33,144 bases of DNA from a virus (taxonomy: Duplodnaviria; Caudoviricetes). Under the pieces are notes generated by a model. The model worked only from the letters and a program-made list of their open reading frames with translations, had not been told where the DNA came from and made no database searches. Made by a program: the position numbers and the translations under genes. The stretch is from the IMG/VR virus record IMGVR_UViG_3300020181_000024, positions 1-33,144 of that record. One strand, 5' to 3'. Positions 32,972 to 33,144 of this stretch are shown piece by piece. Position 1 is the first letter of the stretch, and each line of letters opens with the position of its first letter.

Positions 32972-33144
32972 TCAGTGCAGGTGGATGCGGCGGACGAGGA
33001 ATCCGCTCCAGGTCCGGATCTCCTCGGTCTCGCCGTCACAGTTCTTGATCAGGCAGACGGTGCGGTCCTGACGGATGCCGCGTTCTGGCTCGGGGTCGGG
33101 CTGGCCGATGCCGAGGTCGCGTTCGAGTTCGGCGATCCGTCGCT
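32972..33144 (-). CDS. Hypothetical protein, C-terminal part (start outside window)
   Basis: Open frame ...RRIAELERDLGIGQPDPEPERG...VRRIHLH-TGA. Confidence 0.6.
   Translation of the reverse strand, partial: RRIAELERDLGIGQPDPEPERGIRQDRTVCLIKNCDGETEEIRTWSGFLVRRIHLH

Larger units (their letters stand above)
30917..32974 (-). repeat. Start-associated repeat: stop-CCCC-N-GGAGCCCGCGCC-ATG
   Basis: Exact 12-mer at 31368, 32216, 32438 (also 18893, 29043); variants at 30920 and 32951. Confidence 0.85.
1..33144 (-). mobile_element. Temperate actinobacterial (probably Streptomyces) siphophage / prophage; ends not in window
   Basis: Complete head-tail-lysis module in canonical order, high GC, tyrosine recombinase; no host housekeeping genes seen. 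Confidence 0.92.

Noticed and set aside
30917-32974. CRISPR array or integron attC array
   Set aside because: Repeats are short, irregularly spaced, separated by whole genes and not palindromic; no cas genes or integron integrase are present.

Overview
High-GC (Streptomyces-like) temperate siphophage/prophage segment, almost entirely encoded on the minus strand. From right to left it holds: an array of small accessory genes, HNH endonuclease, putative cos/packaging region, small and large terminase, portal, MuF-like head protein, scaffold, major capsid, a glycosyltransferase embedded in the head operon, head-tail connectors, major tail, tail chaperones with a GGGAAAG -1 frameshift, tape measure with a C-terminal NlpC/P60 domain, minor tail proteins, and amidase endolysin/holin lysis genes. 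After the lysis genes is an accessory cassette, bounded by a direct repeat, that carries a lipoprotein and a Ro60/Rsr (TROVE-vWA) gene. The Ro gene is preceded by two tandem unannotated Y-RNA-like ncRNAs: one is a circularly permuted tRNA-Asn mimic (YrlA-like), the other a short version with no tRNA domain. A terminator hairpin between the RNAs and the Ro gene also buries the Ro ribosome-binding site. At the left, an orphan Phd/YefM-like protein sits opposite an operon that includes a Cre-like tyrosine recombinase, with a TGTACA palindromic operator overlapping both promoters. Other signals are a recurrent start-associated motif (GGAGCCCGCGCC-start), repeat-flanked gene cassettes, and capsid and tail tube proteins that both end in Gly-Ser next to the glycosyltransferase. 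All calls come from reading the sequence by eye; no database searches were run.
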